Shown: positions 8,389-18,316 of the stretch, one piece after another
How positions within the stretch are numbered: the first letter of the stretch is position 1
How the letters are laid out: each line of letters opens with the position of its first letter
The notes under the pieces: model-generated
Seen by the model: only the letters and a program-made list of their open reading frames with translations
Told to the model about the DNA's origin: nothing
Database searches by the model: none
Program-made: the position numbers and the translations under genes
DNA from: Acidobacteriota bacterium
GTDB lineage: Bacteria > Acidobacteriota > Thermoanaerobaculia > Multivoradales > Multivoraceae
Reading direction: 5' to 3'
Length of the DNA: 64,000 nucleotides
NCBI GenBank assembly: GCA_028875725.1
Contig: JAPPCR010000019.1
Location: 8,483-72,482, forward strand

Positions 8389-10334
8389 CCGCGCTGGCGG
8401 AACTGCCGCGGGACGCGGACACGATGCCAAAGCTGCTGCTCCGGAATGCCCGCGAGCGCGGCGGCGAAGCGGCGCTCCGGGAGAAGGAGTTCGGCATCTG
8501 GCAGAGCTTCACCTGGGCGCAATACGCGGAGCGGGTCAGGAACTTCGCCCGCGGCCTGGTTGAACTCGGACTCAAGCGGGACGACATCGTCGCCGTGCTG
8601 GGGGACAACCGGCCCGAGTGGCTTATTGCCCAGCTCGCGTCCCAGGCGGTCGGCGCCCGCTCCCTGGGCGTCTACCAGGACTCGGTGGCGAGCGAAGTGC
8701 AGTACCTGGTCGAGTTCGCGGGCGCCCGCTTCGTCATTGCCGAGGACCAGGAGCAGGTCGACAAGCTGCTGGAGGTCTGGGACGAGTTGAGCGGCGCCGC
8801 TGAAGCGGACGGCCAGGGGATCGCGAACGTCATCTACTACGACCCCCGCGGACTCGGTGCCTACCCGCACGAGTTCCTGCTCGGCTTCTCCGAAGTGGAG
8901 AAGATCGGGCGGTCCGCGACGAGCAGCACGGCGGACGACTTCGAGCGCTGGGTCGAAGCCACGACCGCCGATGACGTGGCGCTGCTGTCGACCACCTCCG
9001 GGACCACGGGCAAGCCGAAGCTGGCGATGCTCTCGCATCGCAACCTGCTGACCATGGCGCACAGCTTTCAGAGCATCGATCCGATGCGGAGCGACGACGA
9101 GTTCGTCTCCTTCCTGCCCCTCGCGTGGATCGGCGAGCAGATGATCGGCGCGGCCTGCGGAATGCTCGTCGGCTTCACCATGAACTTTCCTGAAGAACCG
9201 GAGACGGTGCAGCACGACATCCGCGAGATCGGACCGCACATGATGTTCTCGCCGCCCCGCATCTGGGAGAACATGGTGTCCGATGTCCAGGTACGGATCG
9301 AGGATTCCTCCTGGCTCAAGCGCAAGGTCTACAACTGGGCGTTGGGCGTCGGTTACAGAGCGGCCGACACCCGGCTGGCGGAGGGCGGTTTATCCAGGCT
9401 GCTGGCCGTGCAGAACTGGATCGCGAACGCCTGCTGCTTCTTCTGGTTGCGCGACAAGCTCGGGGTGCGGCGAATCCGGCGCGCCTACACGGGCGGCGCG
9501 GCGCTCGGGCCCGACATCTTCCGCTTCTTCCACGCCATCGGCGTGAACCTGAAGCAGATCTACGGCCAGACCGAGGTATCCGGGATTTCGGTGGCGCACC
9601 GCGACGACGACATCAAGTTCCAGACGGTCGGCACGCCGGTGCCCGGGGCGGAGGTCAGGCTCGGCGAAGGCGGCGAGATCCTGACCAGGAGTCCGTCCGT
9701 CTTCCTCGGCTACTACAACAACGAGGAGGCGACGGAGGAGGCACTTCGCGACGGCTGGCTCTACTCCGGCGACGCCGGTTACATGGACGACGACGGGCAC
9801 CTGATCGTCATCGATCGCAAGAAGGACGTGATGGAGCTGCACGATGGCACCCAGTTCTCGCCGCAGTTCATCGAGAACAAGCTGAAGTTCAGCCCCTACG
9901 TCAAGGAGGCGGTCGTGTTCGGCGGCGGCGACTACGCGTTCGTCACGTCGCTGATCACGATCGACTTCGCCAACGCGGGCAAGTGGGCCGAACGGCGCCA
10001 GATCCCGTACACCACGTTCACGGACCTCGCCCAGAAGCCGGAGATCTACGAACTCGTGCTGGAACATACGGCCGGCATCAACGGCGATCTGCCGGAGTCG
10101 GCCCGGATCCAGCGCCTGCTGCTGCTGCACAAGGAACTCGACGCGGATGACGAGGAGTTGACGCGTACGCGGAAAGTGCGGCGCCGGTTCATCGCCGATC
10201 GGTACCGCCTGCTCGTCAACGCGCTCTACGGCGGCGACGAGGCGGTCGAGATCGAGAACGAGATCACCTACCAGGACGGCACGACCGCGGTCCTGCAGAC
10301 CCGGCTGCGCATCGCTCAGCCCGCCACCGCCTGA
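8385..10334 (+). CDS. AMP-dependent synthetase/ligase (long-chain acyl-CoA synthetase-like)
   Basis: The ATG at 8385 overlaps the livG stop (ATGA). AMP-binding motif LSTTSGTTGKPK, plus YGQTE and GWLYSGDAGYMDDDGHLIVIDRKKD. The upstream 334 aa of the 983-aa ORF is an artefact. Confidence 0.85.
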   Translation: MTALAELPRDADTMPKLLLRNARERGGEAALREKEFGIWQSFTWAQYAERVRNFARGLVELGLKRDDIVAVLGDNRPEWLIAQLASQAVGARSLGVYQDSVASEVQYLVEFAGARFVIAEDQEQVDKLLEVWDELSGAAEADGQGIANVIYYDPRGLGAYPHEFLLGFSEVEKIGRSATSSTADDFERWVEATTADDVALLSTTSGTTGKPKLAMLSHRNLLTMAHSFQSIDPMRSDDEFVSFLPLAWIGEQMIGAACGMLVGFTMNFPEEPETVQHDIREIGPHMMFSPPRIWENMVSDVQVRIEDSSWLKRKVYNWALGVGYRAADTRLAEGGLSRLLAVQNWIANACCFFWLRDKLGVRRIRRAYTGGAALGPDIFRFFHAIGVNLKQIYGQTEVSGISVAHRDDDIKFQTVGTPVPGAEVRLGEGGEILTRSPSVFLGYYNNEEATEEALRDGWLYSGDAGYMDDDGHLIVIDRKKDVMELHDGTQFSPQFIENKLKFSPYVKEAVVFGGGDYAFVTSLITIDFANAGKWAERRQIPYTTFTDLAQKPEIYELVLEHTAGINGDLPESARIQRLLLLHKELDADDEELTRTRKVRRRFIADRYRLLVNALYGGDEAVEIENEITYQDGTTAVLQTRLRIAQPATA

Positions 10335-10344
10335 GGAGCGGACG

Positions 10345-11223
10345 ATGGACTCCGACGTCTTCCTTCAACTCACCGTTTCCGGGCTCTCGAACGGCATGGT
10401 CTATGCCCTGGTGGCGGTCGGCTTCGTCGTGATCTTCAAGGCGAGCGACGTGATCAATTTCGCGCAGGGCGAGTTCCTGCTCTTCGGCGCCTACCTGGCC
10501 TTCGCTTTCATTGCCCAGTTCGGGTTGCCCTGGAGTCTGGGTGTGCTGGCGACGCTGCTCACCGCGGCCATGATCGGCTTGATCGTGGAGCGTCTCGTTC
10601 TCCGGCCACTGATCGGCGAGCCGGTGATCTCGATGATCATGGTCACGATCGGCCTCTCGAGCCTGCTGCGAGCGGTGGTGAACGGCATCTGGGGAGTGCG
10701 ACCCAAGGCCTTCCCGAACTTCATCCCCTCGGGAGAAGTCGAGTTCCTGGGCGCGATCGTCGGTTTCGACCGTTTGCTCGTGATCGCTATCGCTGCGATC
10801 CTGCTGACGGTTCTGACGCTGTTCTTCCGTTACACCCGGGACGGCATCGCGATGCGCGCCATCGCCGACGACCAGCAGGCGGCGCTGTCGATGGGCATCA
10901 GCATCAAGCGCGTCCTCGCTGTCGCCTGGGCGATGGCGGCGATCACCGCGGCGGTCGCCGGCATCATGCTGGCGAACACGGTCGGCGTCAGCCACGACAT
11001 CATCTTCATCGGACTGCGCGTGTTCCCCGTCGTCATCCTCGGCGGTCTCGACTCGGTGCCCGGCGCGATCGTCGGCGGCGGCGTCATCGGGCTGCTGGAG
11101 TCGTACACGGCCGGCTACACGACTTCGGGCCTGGAGCTCATCGTCCCGTACATCGTGCTGATCCTGGTCCTGATGGTTCGTCCGTACGGCCTGTTCGGCA
11201 AGGAGATCATCGAGCGGGTGTAG
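10345..11223 (+). CDS. livH: ABC transporter permease, LivH-like
   Basis: 292-aa polytopic protein with the typical LivH N-terminus (LQLTVSGLSNGMVYALVAVGFVVIFKASDVINFAQGEF). GAGGAG Shine-Dalgarno upstream. Confidence 0.85.
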   Translation: MDSDVFLQLTVSGLSNGMVYALVAVGFVVIFKASDVINFAQGEFLLFGAYLAFAFIAQFGLPWSLGVLATLLTAAMIGLIVERLVLRPLIGEPVISMIMVTIGLSSLLRAVVNGIWGVRPKAFPNFIPSGEVEFLGAIVGFDRLLVIAIAAILLTVLTLFFRYTRDGIAMRAIADDQQAALSMGISIKRVLAVAWAMAAITAAVAGIMLANTVGVSHDIIFIGLRVFPVVILGGLDSVPGAIVGGGVIGLLESYTAGYTTSGLELIVPYIVLILVLMVRPYGLFGKEIIERV

Positions 11224-11226
11224 GGC

Positions 11227-12270
11227 ATGGAATCCGGAATCTTCTTCAGCGACTACCGCTCCGACATGGCGCTGCGGCGCATGCCGTTGCAGAAGGTGCG
11301 CACAGGCCTGCTCCTGGTCGGCCTCGTCGTGTTCCCGCTCCTGGCCAACCCCTACTGGCTCAACCTGGCCAATCAGATCGCCATCGCCACGATCGGTGCG
11401 ATTGGCCTCAACATCCTGGTTGGCTACACCGGCCAGATCTCCCTCGGCCAGGGCGCCTTCATGGCGGTCGGCGCCTATGGATCGGGCCTGCTGACTGTCC
11501 GGCTCGACGTTCCCTTCTACCTGAGCATTCCGGCTGCGGCCCTGATCACCGCCGTCGCCGGTCTGGTGGTCGGACTGCCTTCCCTGCGGCTCAAGGGCCT
11601 CTACCTGGCCGTCGCGACGCTGGCGGCGCAGCAGATCGTCGAGTTTGTCGTCACGCACTGGGACGGCCTCACCGGCGGAACGGAAGCGCTCGTCGTGCCG
11701 GCGCCCGAGCTGTTCGGCGCCCGGATGAACACCGACGGCCGGTTCTACTGGATACTGATCGTTGTCGCGCTCGCGGTCGCGCTGTTCGCCGCGAACCTGT
11801 TCCGCTCCCGCGTGGGCCGGGCCTGGGTGGCGATCCGGGACCAGGACATCGCGGCTTCGGCGATCGGCGTCAACGTGTTCGGCTACAAGCTGCTCGCCTT
11901 CGCCACCTCGTCCTTCCTGGTCGGCCTCTCCGGCGCTTTGCTCGCCCACTACCGGTCGATCGTGACCTGGGAGCGGTTCACGATCGAAGTCTCGATTTCC
12001 TACCTGGCGATGATCATCATCGGCGGCCTGGGGACGATCTCCGGTTCGTTCTTCGGGGCGGCCCTCATCGTTCTGTTGCCAGCGATGATCAACACTCTGG
12101 GGCGCTCACTGCAGGACACGGCGCCGTGGGCGGCGACGGTCCTGCCGTACGTGCAGCAGGGCGTCTTCGGACTCGTGATCATCCTCTTCCTGGTGCTCGA
12201 ACCGGAAGGGCTCGCCAAACTCTGGCGCAACGTGAAGGACTACTTCCGCGTCTGGCCGTTCTCGTACTAG
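11227..12270 (+). CDS. livM: ABC transporter permease, LivM-like
   Basis: 347-aa polytopic protein with GYTGQISLGQGAFMAVGAY, typical of LivM. Confidence 0.85.
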   Translation: MESGIFFSDYRSDMALRRMPLQKVRTGLLLVGLVVFPLLANPYWLNLANQIAIATIGAIGLNILVGYTGQISLGQGAFMAVGAYGSGLLTVRLDVPFYLSIPAAALITAVAGLVVGLPSLRLKGLYLAVATLAAQQIVEFVVTHWDGLTGGTEALVVPAPELFGARMNTDGRFYWILIVVALAVALFAANLFRSRVGRAWVAIRDQDIAASAIGVNVFGYKLLAFATSSFLVGLSGALLAHYRSIVTWERFTIEVSISYLAMIIIGGLGTISGSFFGAALIVLLPAMINTLGRSLQDTAPWAATVLPYVQQGVFGLVIILFLVLEPEGLAKLWRNVKDYFRVWPFSY

Positions 12271-12348
12271 GCGCCTCTGCGCCAGTATGATCCGTTGTTT
12301 ACGGACCGGCTGTTCCGGGGCGGTCATGCCCCTTCAGGAGACCACGAC

Positions 12349-13548
12349 ATGAACCGTCTCGTTTGCCTTGCTGCTGTAGCTCTGTTGCTCCTCGCCGCCT
12401 GCGGAGGCGGCGACCCGGTCTCGGAAGCGGATGCGCCGATCACCATCGGTGCGATTTTCGACCTGACCGGCGCGACCTCGGACGTGGGCACCTTGTACGC
12501 CGAGGCGATCCGCGATTACTACGCCCGCCTGAACGACCTCGGCGGCATTGCCGGCCGCGAGGTCGACCTGCTGTGGAACGACTACGGCTACGACGTGGCG
12601 AAGGCCGAGCAGCTCTACTCCGAGTACGTCCAGGCCGGAGCGGTCATGTTCATGGGTTGGGGCACCGGTGACACGGAAGCCCTGCGTGGCCGGATCGCGG
12701 CGGACCGCATTCCCTTCGTCTCGGCATCGTTCTCTCACGTACTGGGAGATCCGTCCGAGGCCCCCTTCAACTTCCTCGTCGGCACGACCTACAGCGACCA
12801 GCTCTTCATCCTGCTCGACTACCTGATCGAAGAGGCGGAAGCCACGGGAGGCGAGATGCCGAACGTCGCGCTGATGCACCACCCGAGTCCGTTCGGTCTC
12901 TCGCCGTGGCGCCAGGGGGGCGAGGACTACGCGAAGGAGCGCGGCATCGAGATGGCGCCGCACGAGATGGCGCGGGGCAACACGGATTTCAGCGCGACGC
13001 TGACCCGGATCGCGGAATCCGGCGCCAACACGGTCGTGTTCCAGAACACGTCGGGACCGGTTTCCATTGCCGTCAAGAACGCGCGGGACCTGGGCCTGGA
13101 CCTGCGCTTCGCCTGCCTGAACTACTGCAGCAACGAGGTGCTGCTGGATCTGGCGGGCGACGCCGCGGAAGGTGTTCTGGCTTCGATCATCTACTCGCCG
13201 CCGGGCGAGGGAGTCGACGGCCTGAACGACGCGGCCGAGTACCTCGCGTCGAAGGGCGGGTCGATCGACGAGGAGGGGCTGCTCTACGGCCAGGGCTGGG
13301 CGGTCGCGAGCCTGGTGACCGAGGCGATCGAACGGGCGGCCGCGGCCGGCGAAGTAACCGGCGATACCATCTTCGCTGCCTTCGAGACCTTCGACGGCTG
13401 GGACACGGGAGGCGTGACGGCGCCGGTCACCTTCACGGCCACCGACCATCGCGGCATCAAGGGCATGAGGATCTTCGAGATCAGGGAAGGGAGGTTCCAG
13501 CCCGTGACCGAGATGCGGATGGCCTCCAGCCTGGGGGCGGCCGAGTAG
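12349..13548 (+). CDS. Periplasmic substrate-binding lipoprotein of the Liv/ABC type (family 1 SBP)
   Basis: ATG at 12349 preceded by CAGGAG. Lipobox LLLAAC-GG. The ITIGAIFDLTGATS start of the mature domain is typical of LivK-like binding proteins. Confidence 0.8.
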   Translation: MNRLVCLAAVALLLLAACGGGDPVSEADAPITIGAIFDLTGATSDVGTLYAEAIRDYYARLNDLGGIAGREVDLLWNDYGYDVAKAEQLYSEYVQAGAVMFMGWGTGDTEALRGRIAADRIPFVSASFSHVLGDPSEAPFNFLVGTTYSDQLFILLDYLIEEAEATGGEMPNVALMHHPSPFGLSPWRQGGEDYAKERGIEMAPHEMARGNTDFSATLTRIAESGANTVVFQNTSGPVSIAVKNARDLGLDLRFACLNYCSNEVLLDLAGDAAEGVLASIIYSPPGEGVDGLNDAAEYLASKGGSIDEEGLLYGQGWAVASLVTEAIERAAAAGEVTGDTIFAAFETFDGWDTGGVTAPVTFTATDHRGIKGMRIFEIREGRFQPVTEMRMASSLGAAE

Positions 13549-13562
13549 GGCAGGCTCAAGCC

Positions 13563-14357
<795 letters not shown>

Positions 14358-15188
14358 CTAGTCCCCCTCGATCGCCTCCTCGATCTCCCGAAGCCTCTCG
14401 CGGAGTTCCCGGCGGGCGTCGGCGGCGAACGGGTTTTCGCGGGCGATGGTCAGGAACAGATCGTCCGAGTCGTCGCGGAGGTTCTCCTCGATCTTCATCA
14501 TGTGCCGGTAGGCGACCGTGCCGAGGGCCGGGTCCGGGACGTGAATCTCCCGGAGAGCCTTGGCCATCCAGTGGGTCAGACCCTGGATGTAGGCCATCTC
14601 GGAGTCGTGTTCCTCGGCTGACATTTCGATCACCTGTAGCTCCAGGTCCGACGCCAGGAAGGCTCTCACCGTCTCGACCCGCTCCCTGTCGACCGGGCGC
14701 TCGGGGAGGCAGAGAACGACCTTCAGGCCGCGGATGCCGGCGCCGCCGCTCTGGGGGCCGAACATCGGGTGAGTGCCGATGTACTGGATCTGCCGGGGCA
14801 GGCGCCGCTCGAGGATCCGGAGCGGCTTCACCTTGACCGAGGCGACGTCGACGACCAGCGCGTCCGGTGCGAGGCGCGGGGCCAGGTCGACGACCAGGCC
14901 GTCCAGATCCTGGACCGGCACCGCCGGGATCACGATGTCGCAGCCGGCGCAGCCTTCGAGGTCGGTCCAGCGCGCACCCAGCGCGGCGGCCCGCTCACTC
15001 AGATCGCGGCGATCCCAGACCTGAACATCGAACCGGGAGCCCAGGTGCCGGACCAGGAAGCGGCCGAAGCTGCCCAGACCGACGATGCCGATCGTCCTTG
15101 CCCAGCAGCCCTGCACCGGGCGCAGCCTAGCATCGGCGCCCGGCTTGCCGGCTGCAGCGGCGGTTGCCCTACAATCGCGGCCTTGCAA
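14358..15188 (-). CDS. tyrA: Prephenate/arogenate dehydrogenase
   Basis: Rossmann motif IGIVGLGSFG, then THPMFGP and the C-terminal helical domain. The true start may be GTG at 15116. Confidence 0.7.
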   Translation of the reverse strand: MQGRDCRATAAAAGKPGADARLRPVQGCWARTIGIVGLGSFGRFLVRHLGSRFDVQVWDRRDLSERAAALGARWTDLEGCAGCDIVIPAVPVQDLDGLVVDLAPRLAPDALVVDVASVKVKPLRILERRLPRQIQYIGTHPMFGPQSGGAGIRGLKVVLCLPERPVDRERVETVRAFLASDLELQVIEMSAEEHDSEMAYIQGLTHWMAKALREIHVPDPALGTVAYRHMMKIEENLRDDSDDLFLTIARENPFAADARRELRERLREIEEAIEGD

Positions 15189-15203
15189 AGAGGGGGAACC
15201 AGG

Positions 15204-16493
15204 ATGAGAAGCAGAACGGCCGCCGTGCTGGGCGCCGTCGTGGCCGCGGCGGTGAGCTATGGTTCACCGCCCGTGACCGACGCCCAGGAGGACCGCGCCA
15301 GCCGGGAGCACGTGCTTCGCCTGCTCCGGGAGGTGCCGCTGATCGACGGGCACAACGACGTCCCGTGGCAGTACCGGACGCGGGTTTCGAACCACCTCGA
15401 CCGGATCGACTTCGAGGACACCACGGCGCTCGATCCGCCGATGCACACCGACCTGCGGCGCCTGCGGCAGGGCGGAGTGGGCGCCCAGTTCTGGTCGGTC
15501 TACATTCCGACCTCCTACAGCGGGGCCGGCGCGGCCCGGGTCGTGCTCGAGCAGGTCGACCTGACCAGGCGTCTGATCGATCGCTATCCGGACGACCTGG
15601 AACTGGCCCTCACCGCGGACGACATCGAGCGCGTTCACGCCGCGGGCAAGGTCGCGTCCCTGCTCGGCGCCGAGGGCGGCCACTCGATCGAGTCTTCCCT
15701 CGGGGTTCTGCGGCAACTCTACGTGGTCGGCGTTCGCTACATGACCCTGACTCACAACAGCAACGTCGCCTGGGCGGACGCGGCGACCGACCGGCCGGCT
15801 CACGGCGGGCTCACGGCGTTCGGCCGGCGGGTGATCCGGGAGATGAACCGGCTCGGCATGCTGGCGGACCTCTCCCATGTTTCGCCGCGGACGATGCACC
15901 ATGTGCTGGACGAGTCCGAAGCACCGGTCATTTTCTCCCACTCCTCGGCGTTTGCGGTCACGGCCAGCCCGCGCAACGTGCCGAACGACGTCCTGCGCCG
16001 GCTGGTTGAGAACGGCGGTGTGGTCATGGTCACCTTCGTGCCGTCCTTCGTCAACGAGAACGTGCGGGCGTCCTTTCAGCGCCTGGATGCCGAACGCCGT
16101 CGACTGATGGCCGCGGGCACCGCGCCGGAGGAGATGCGCCGCCGGTTGACGGCCTGGCGAAGTGAGAACCCGGGAGCCCAGGCATCCCTCGGCGACGTGG
16201 CTGACCACATCGACCACATCCGGGGTCTGATCGGCACCGCGCATCTGGGGATCGGCTCGGATTACGACGGCATCCCGACCGTGCCGGTCGGCCTGGAGGA
16301 CGCGTCGACCTTCCCGGATCTGTTCGTGGAACTCGTTCGACGGGGCTACAGCGACGACGAGCTGAAGGACATCGCGGGTCGCAGTTTCCTGCGCGCCATG
16401 CGCGCCGCGGAGGCCACCGCCAGTCGTCTGCAGGCCACGGAGCCTCCGGCCGACGACCTGATCGAAGAATTGGACGGCGGTGAGAATGGCTGA
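15204..16493 (+). CDS. Membrane (renal-type, M19) dipeptidase with signal peptide
   Basis: ATG at 15204 preceded by AGGGGGAA. The motif PLIDGHNDVPWQ is typical of the M19 family; LTHNSNVAWAD also occurs. Confidence 0.85.
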   Translation: MRSRTAAVLGAVVAAAVSYGSPPVTDAQEDRASREHVLRLLREVPLIDGHNDVPWQYRTRVSNHLDRIDFEDTTALDPPMHTDLRRLRQGGVGAQFWSVYIPTSYSGAGAARVVLEQVDLTRRLIDRYPDDLELALTADDIERVHAAGKVASLLGAEGGHSIESSLGVLRQLYVVGVRYMTLTHNSNVAWADAATDRPAHGGLTAFGRRVIREMNRLGMLADLSHVSPRTMHHVLDESEAPVIFSHSSAFAVTASPRNVPNDVLRRLVENGGVVMVTFVPSFVNENVRASFQRLDAERRRLMAAGTAPEEMRRRLTAWRSENPGAQASLGDVADHIDHIRGLIGTAHLGIGSDYDGIPTVPVGLEDASTFPDLFVELVRRGYSDDELKDIAGRSFLRAMRAAEATASRLQATEPPADDLIEELDGGENG

Positions 16494-17352
16494 TCAGGCG
16501 ACATCCCCGGTGGTTGCCCGGCACGCCTCGACCGTCCTCCTGTTGCGGGACAGCGACCGCGGGGTCGAGGTGTTCATGGAGCGCCGCCACATCCAGTCAG
16601 ACTTCGTCGGGGGCGCCTACGTCTTCCCGGGCGGCCGCGTCGACCCCGAAGACCGGGTCGACGAGGCGCTCTGCCACGGTCTCACCGACCGCGAGGCGAG
16701 TGCCCGGCTCGCCCTCAAGGAGGGCGGCCTGACCTTCTACGTGGCCGCGATCCGCGAGTGCTTCGAGGAGGCCGGTGTGCTGCTCGCCTACGACCGGGAC
16801 GGCGGGATTCTCGACTTCTCGGACCGGGCGGTCGAGCAGCACTTCGAACGTTTGCGAGCCGAGTTGAACGCCGGCAGGCGGTCCCTACTCGACATCGCCG
16901 CCGCCGAGAGCCTGACGCTCGCCACCGACCGGATCAGCTACTGGGCGCACTGGATCACGCCGGAGGGACAGCCGAGGCGCTACGACACCCGCTTCTTCGT
17001 CACCCGGGCGCCGGGGAATCAGACTGCCGGCCACGACGACCACGAACTGACGAGTTCCGCCTGGGTGACGGCCGAGGAAGCTCTCGAACACGGCCGTCGC
17101 AAGGAGTGGATGATCATCTTCCCCACCATCCGCAATCTGCATAAGCTGGCCGCCTTCAGGACGGCGGACGAAGCGATCGCCGCCGTCGACGCAGAGGAGA
17201 GCTTCCCGGTCATGCAGCCCCGCGTGCTGCTGGGCCGGACCCCGGACGAACCGGCGCGTCCCGTGCTGCCCGGCGACGAGGGCTACGAAGAAGCCGCGAC
17301 TCGCCCCTCCTCGGCCAACGTCAAGGACTGGCAGCGGGCCTTCAGCCGCTAG
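16480..17352 (+). CDS. Nudix hydrolase family protein
   Basis: Nudix-box remnant GGRVDPED...AAIRECFEEAGVLL. Confidence 0.7.
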   Translation: MRMADQATSPVVARHASTVLLLRDSDRGVEVFMERRHIQSDFVGGAYVFPGGRVDPEDRVDEALCHGLTDREASARLALKEGGLTFYVAAIRECFEEAGVLLAYDRDGGILDFSDRAVEQHFERLRAELNAGRRSLLDIAAAESLTLATDRISYWAHWITPEGQPRRYDTRFFVTRAPGNQTAGHDDHELTSSAWVTAEEALEHGRRKEWMIIFPTIRNLHKLAAFRTADEAIAAVDAEESFPVMQPRVLLGRTPDEPARPVLPGDEGYEEAATRPSSANVKDWQRAFSR

Positions 17353-17362
17353 GGCGCCCACG

Positions 17363-18199
17363 TTGGACACCCTCCTGAAGGGCACGCCGGTGCGGCTCTC
17401 CGACCGCGTGCTCCGGGTCACGCAGGACAACCCGGGCATGTTCACCGGTCCGGGCACGAACACCTGGGTCATCGGCGGCGACGGCGGCCCGGCGTTCGTG
17501 CTCGACCCCGGGGAAGAGGACGACGCCCACTTCGAGGCCGTGCTCGCCGCGGTCGGCGATCGCGAAGTGGCGGCCGTGCTGATCAGCCACCCGCATCGGG
17601 ACCACTGGCCCCTCGCGCCGCGCCTCGCTGAGCGCGCGGGCTGCCAGATCCTCGCCTTCAGCGAGCAGCCGCCCTTCACTGCCGGACGCCGCCTGGAGGA
17701 CAACGAGCGCCTGTCGGCCGACGGCGCCACCCTGGTGGCCCTCCACACCCCGGGCCACGCCAGCGACCACCTCTGCTTCCTGCTCGAAGAAGATCGGGCC
17801 GTATTCACCGCCGACCTGGTGATGGGTTGGTCGACCTCGATCATCGCCCCGCCGGACGGCAACCTGAACCAGTACATGGCCTCCCTCGAACGTCTCCTCG
17901 AACTCGGCCAGGACGGCGGCATCGACATCCTTCACCCCGGCCATGGCGAGTCGATCAAGCCCCCGCTCGACCGGATCCGCGAGATCCACCGCCACCGCCA
18001 GCAACGGACCGACCAGGCCCTCGAAGCCATCGCCGCCGGCGTCGCCACAATCCCCGAGATGGTCGAACGCATCTACGCCGACGTCGACCCCAAGCTCCAC
18101 GGCCCCGCCGCCTTTTCCCTGCGGGCGCACCTGGATGCCCTGGTCGAAGAGGGCAAGGTTGTCGAGGACCAGCCCGGCCGGTACGAGCTGGCGGTCTGA
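17363..18199 (+). CDS. MBL-fold metallo-hydrolase
   Basis: HxHxDH motif (SHPHRDHW), TPGHASDH, and a C-terminal winged-helix-like tail. TTG start at 17363. Confidence 0.8.
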   Translation: MDTLLKGTPVRLSDRVLRVTQDNPGMFTGPGTNTWVIGGDGGPAFVLDPGEEDDAHFEAVLAAVGDREVAAVLISHPHRDHWPLAPRLAERAGCQILAFSEQPPFTAGRRLEDNERLSADGATLVALHTPGHASDHLCFLLEEDRAVFTADLVMGWSTSIIAPPDGNLNQYMASLERLLELGQDGGIDILHPGHGESIKPPLDRIREIHRHRQQRTDQALEAIAAGVATIPEMVERIYADVDPKLHGPAAFSLRAHLDALVEEGKVVEDQPGRYELAV

Positions 18200-18208
18200 C
18201 AAGCGGAT

Positions 18209-18226
18209 GCCGGCCAGAAGGCCGGC
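18209..18226. terminator. GC-rich hairpin between convergent genes (short REP-like core copy, reverse orientation)
   Basis: GCCGGCC-AGAA-GGCCGGC, a perfect 7-bp stem. Its reverse complement matches 42778-42795 with one mismatch. No U-tract. Confidence 0.45.
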
Positions 18227-18316
18227 GCGCCGACACACTCGGTGCGACGTAGCGCCAGGCTGAGAGCCTCCAGCCTCGGTCACGGCGCGGCAGCAGTCCC
18301 ACCACGCCGCGGCGTG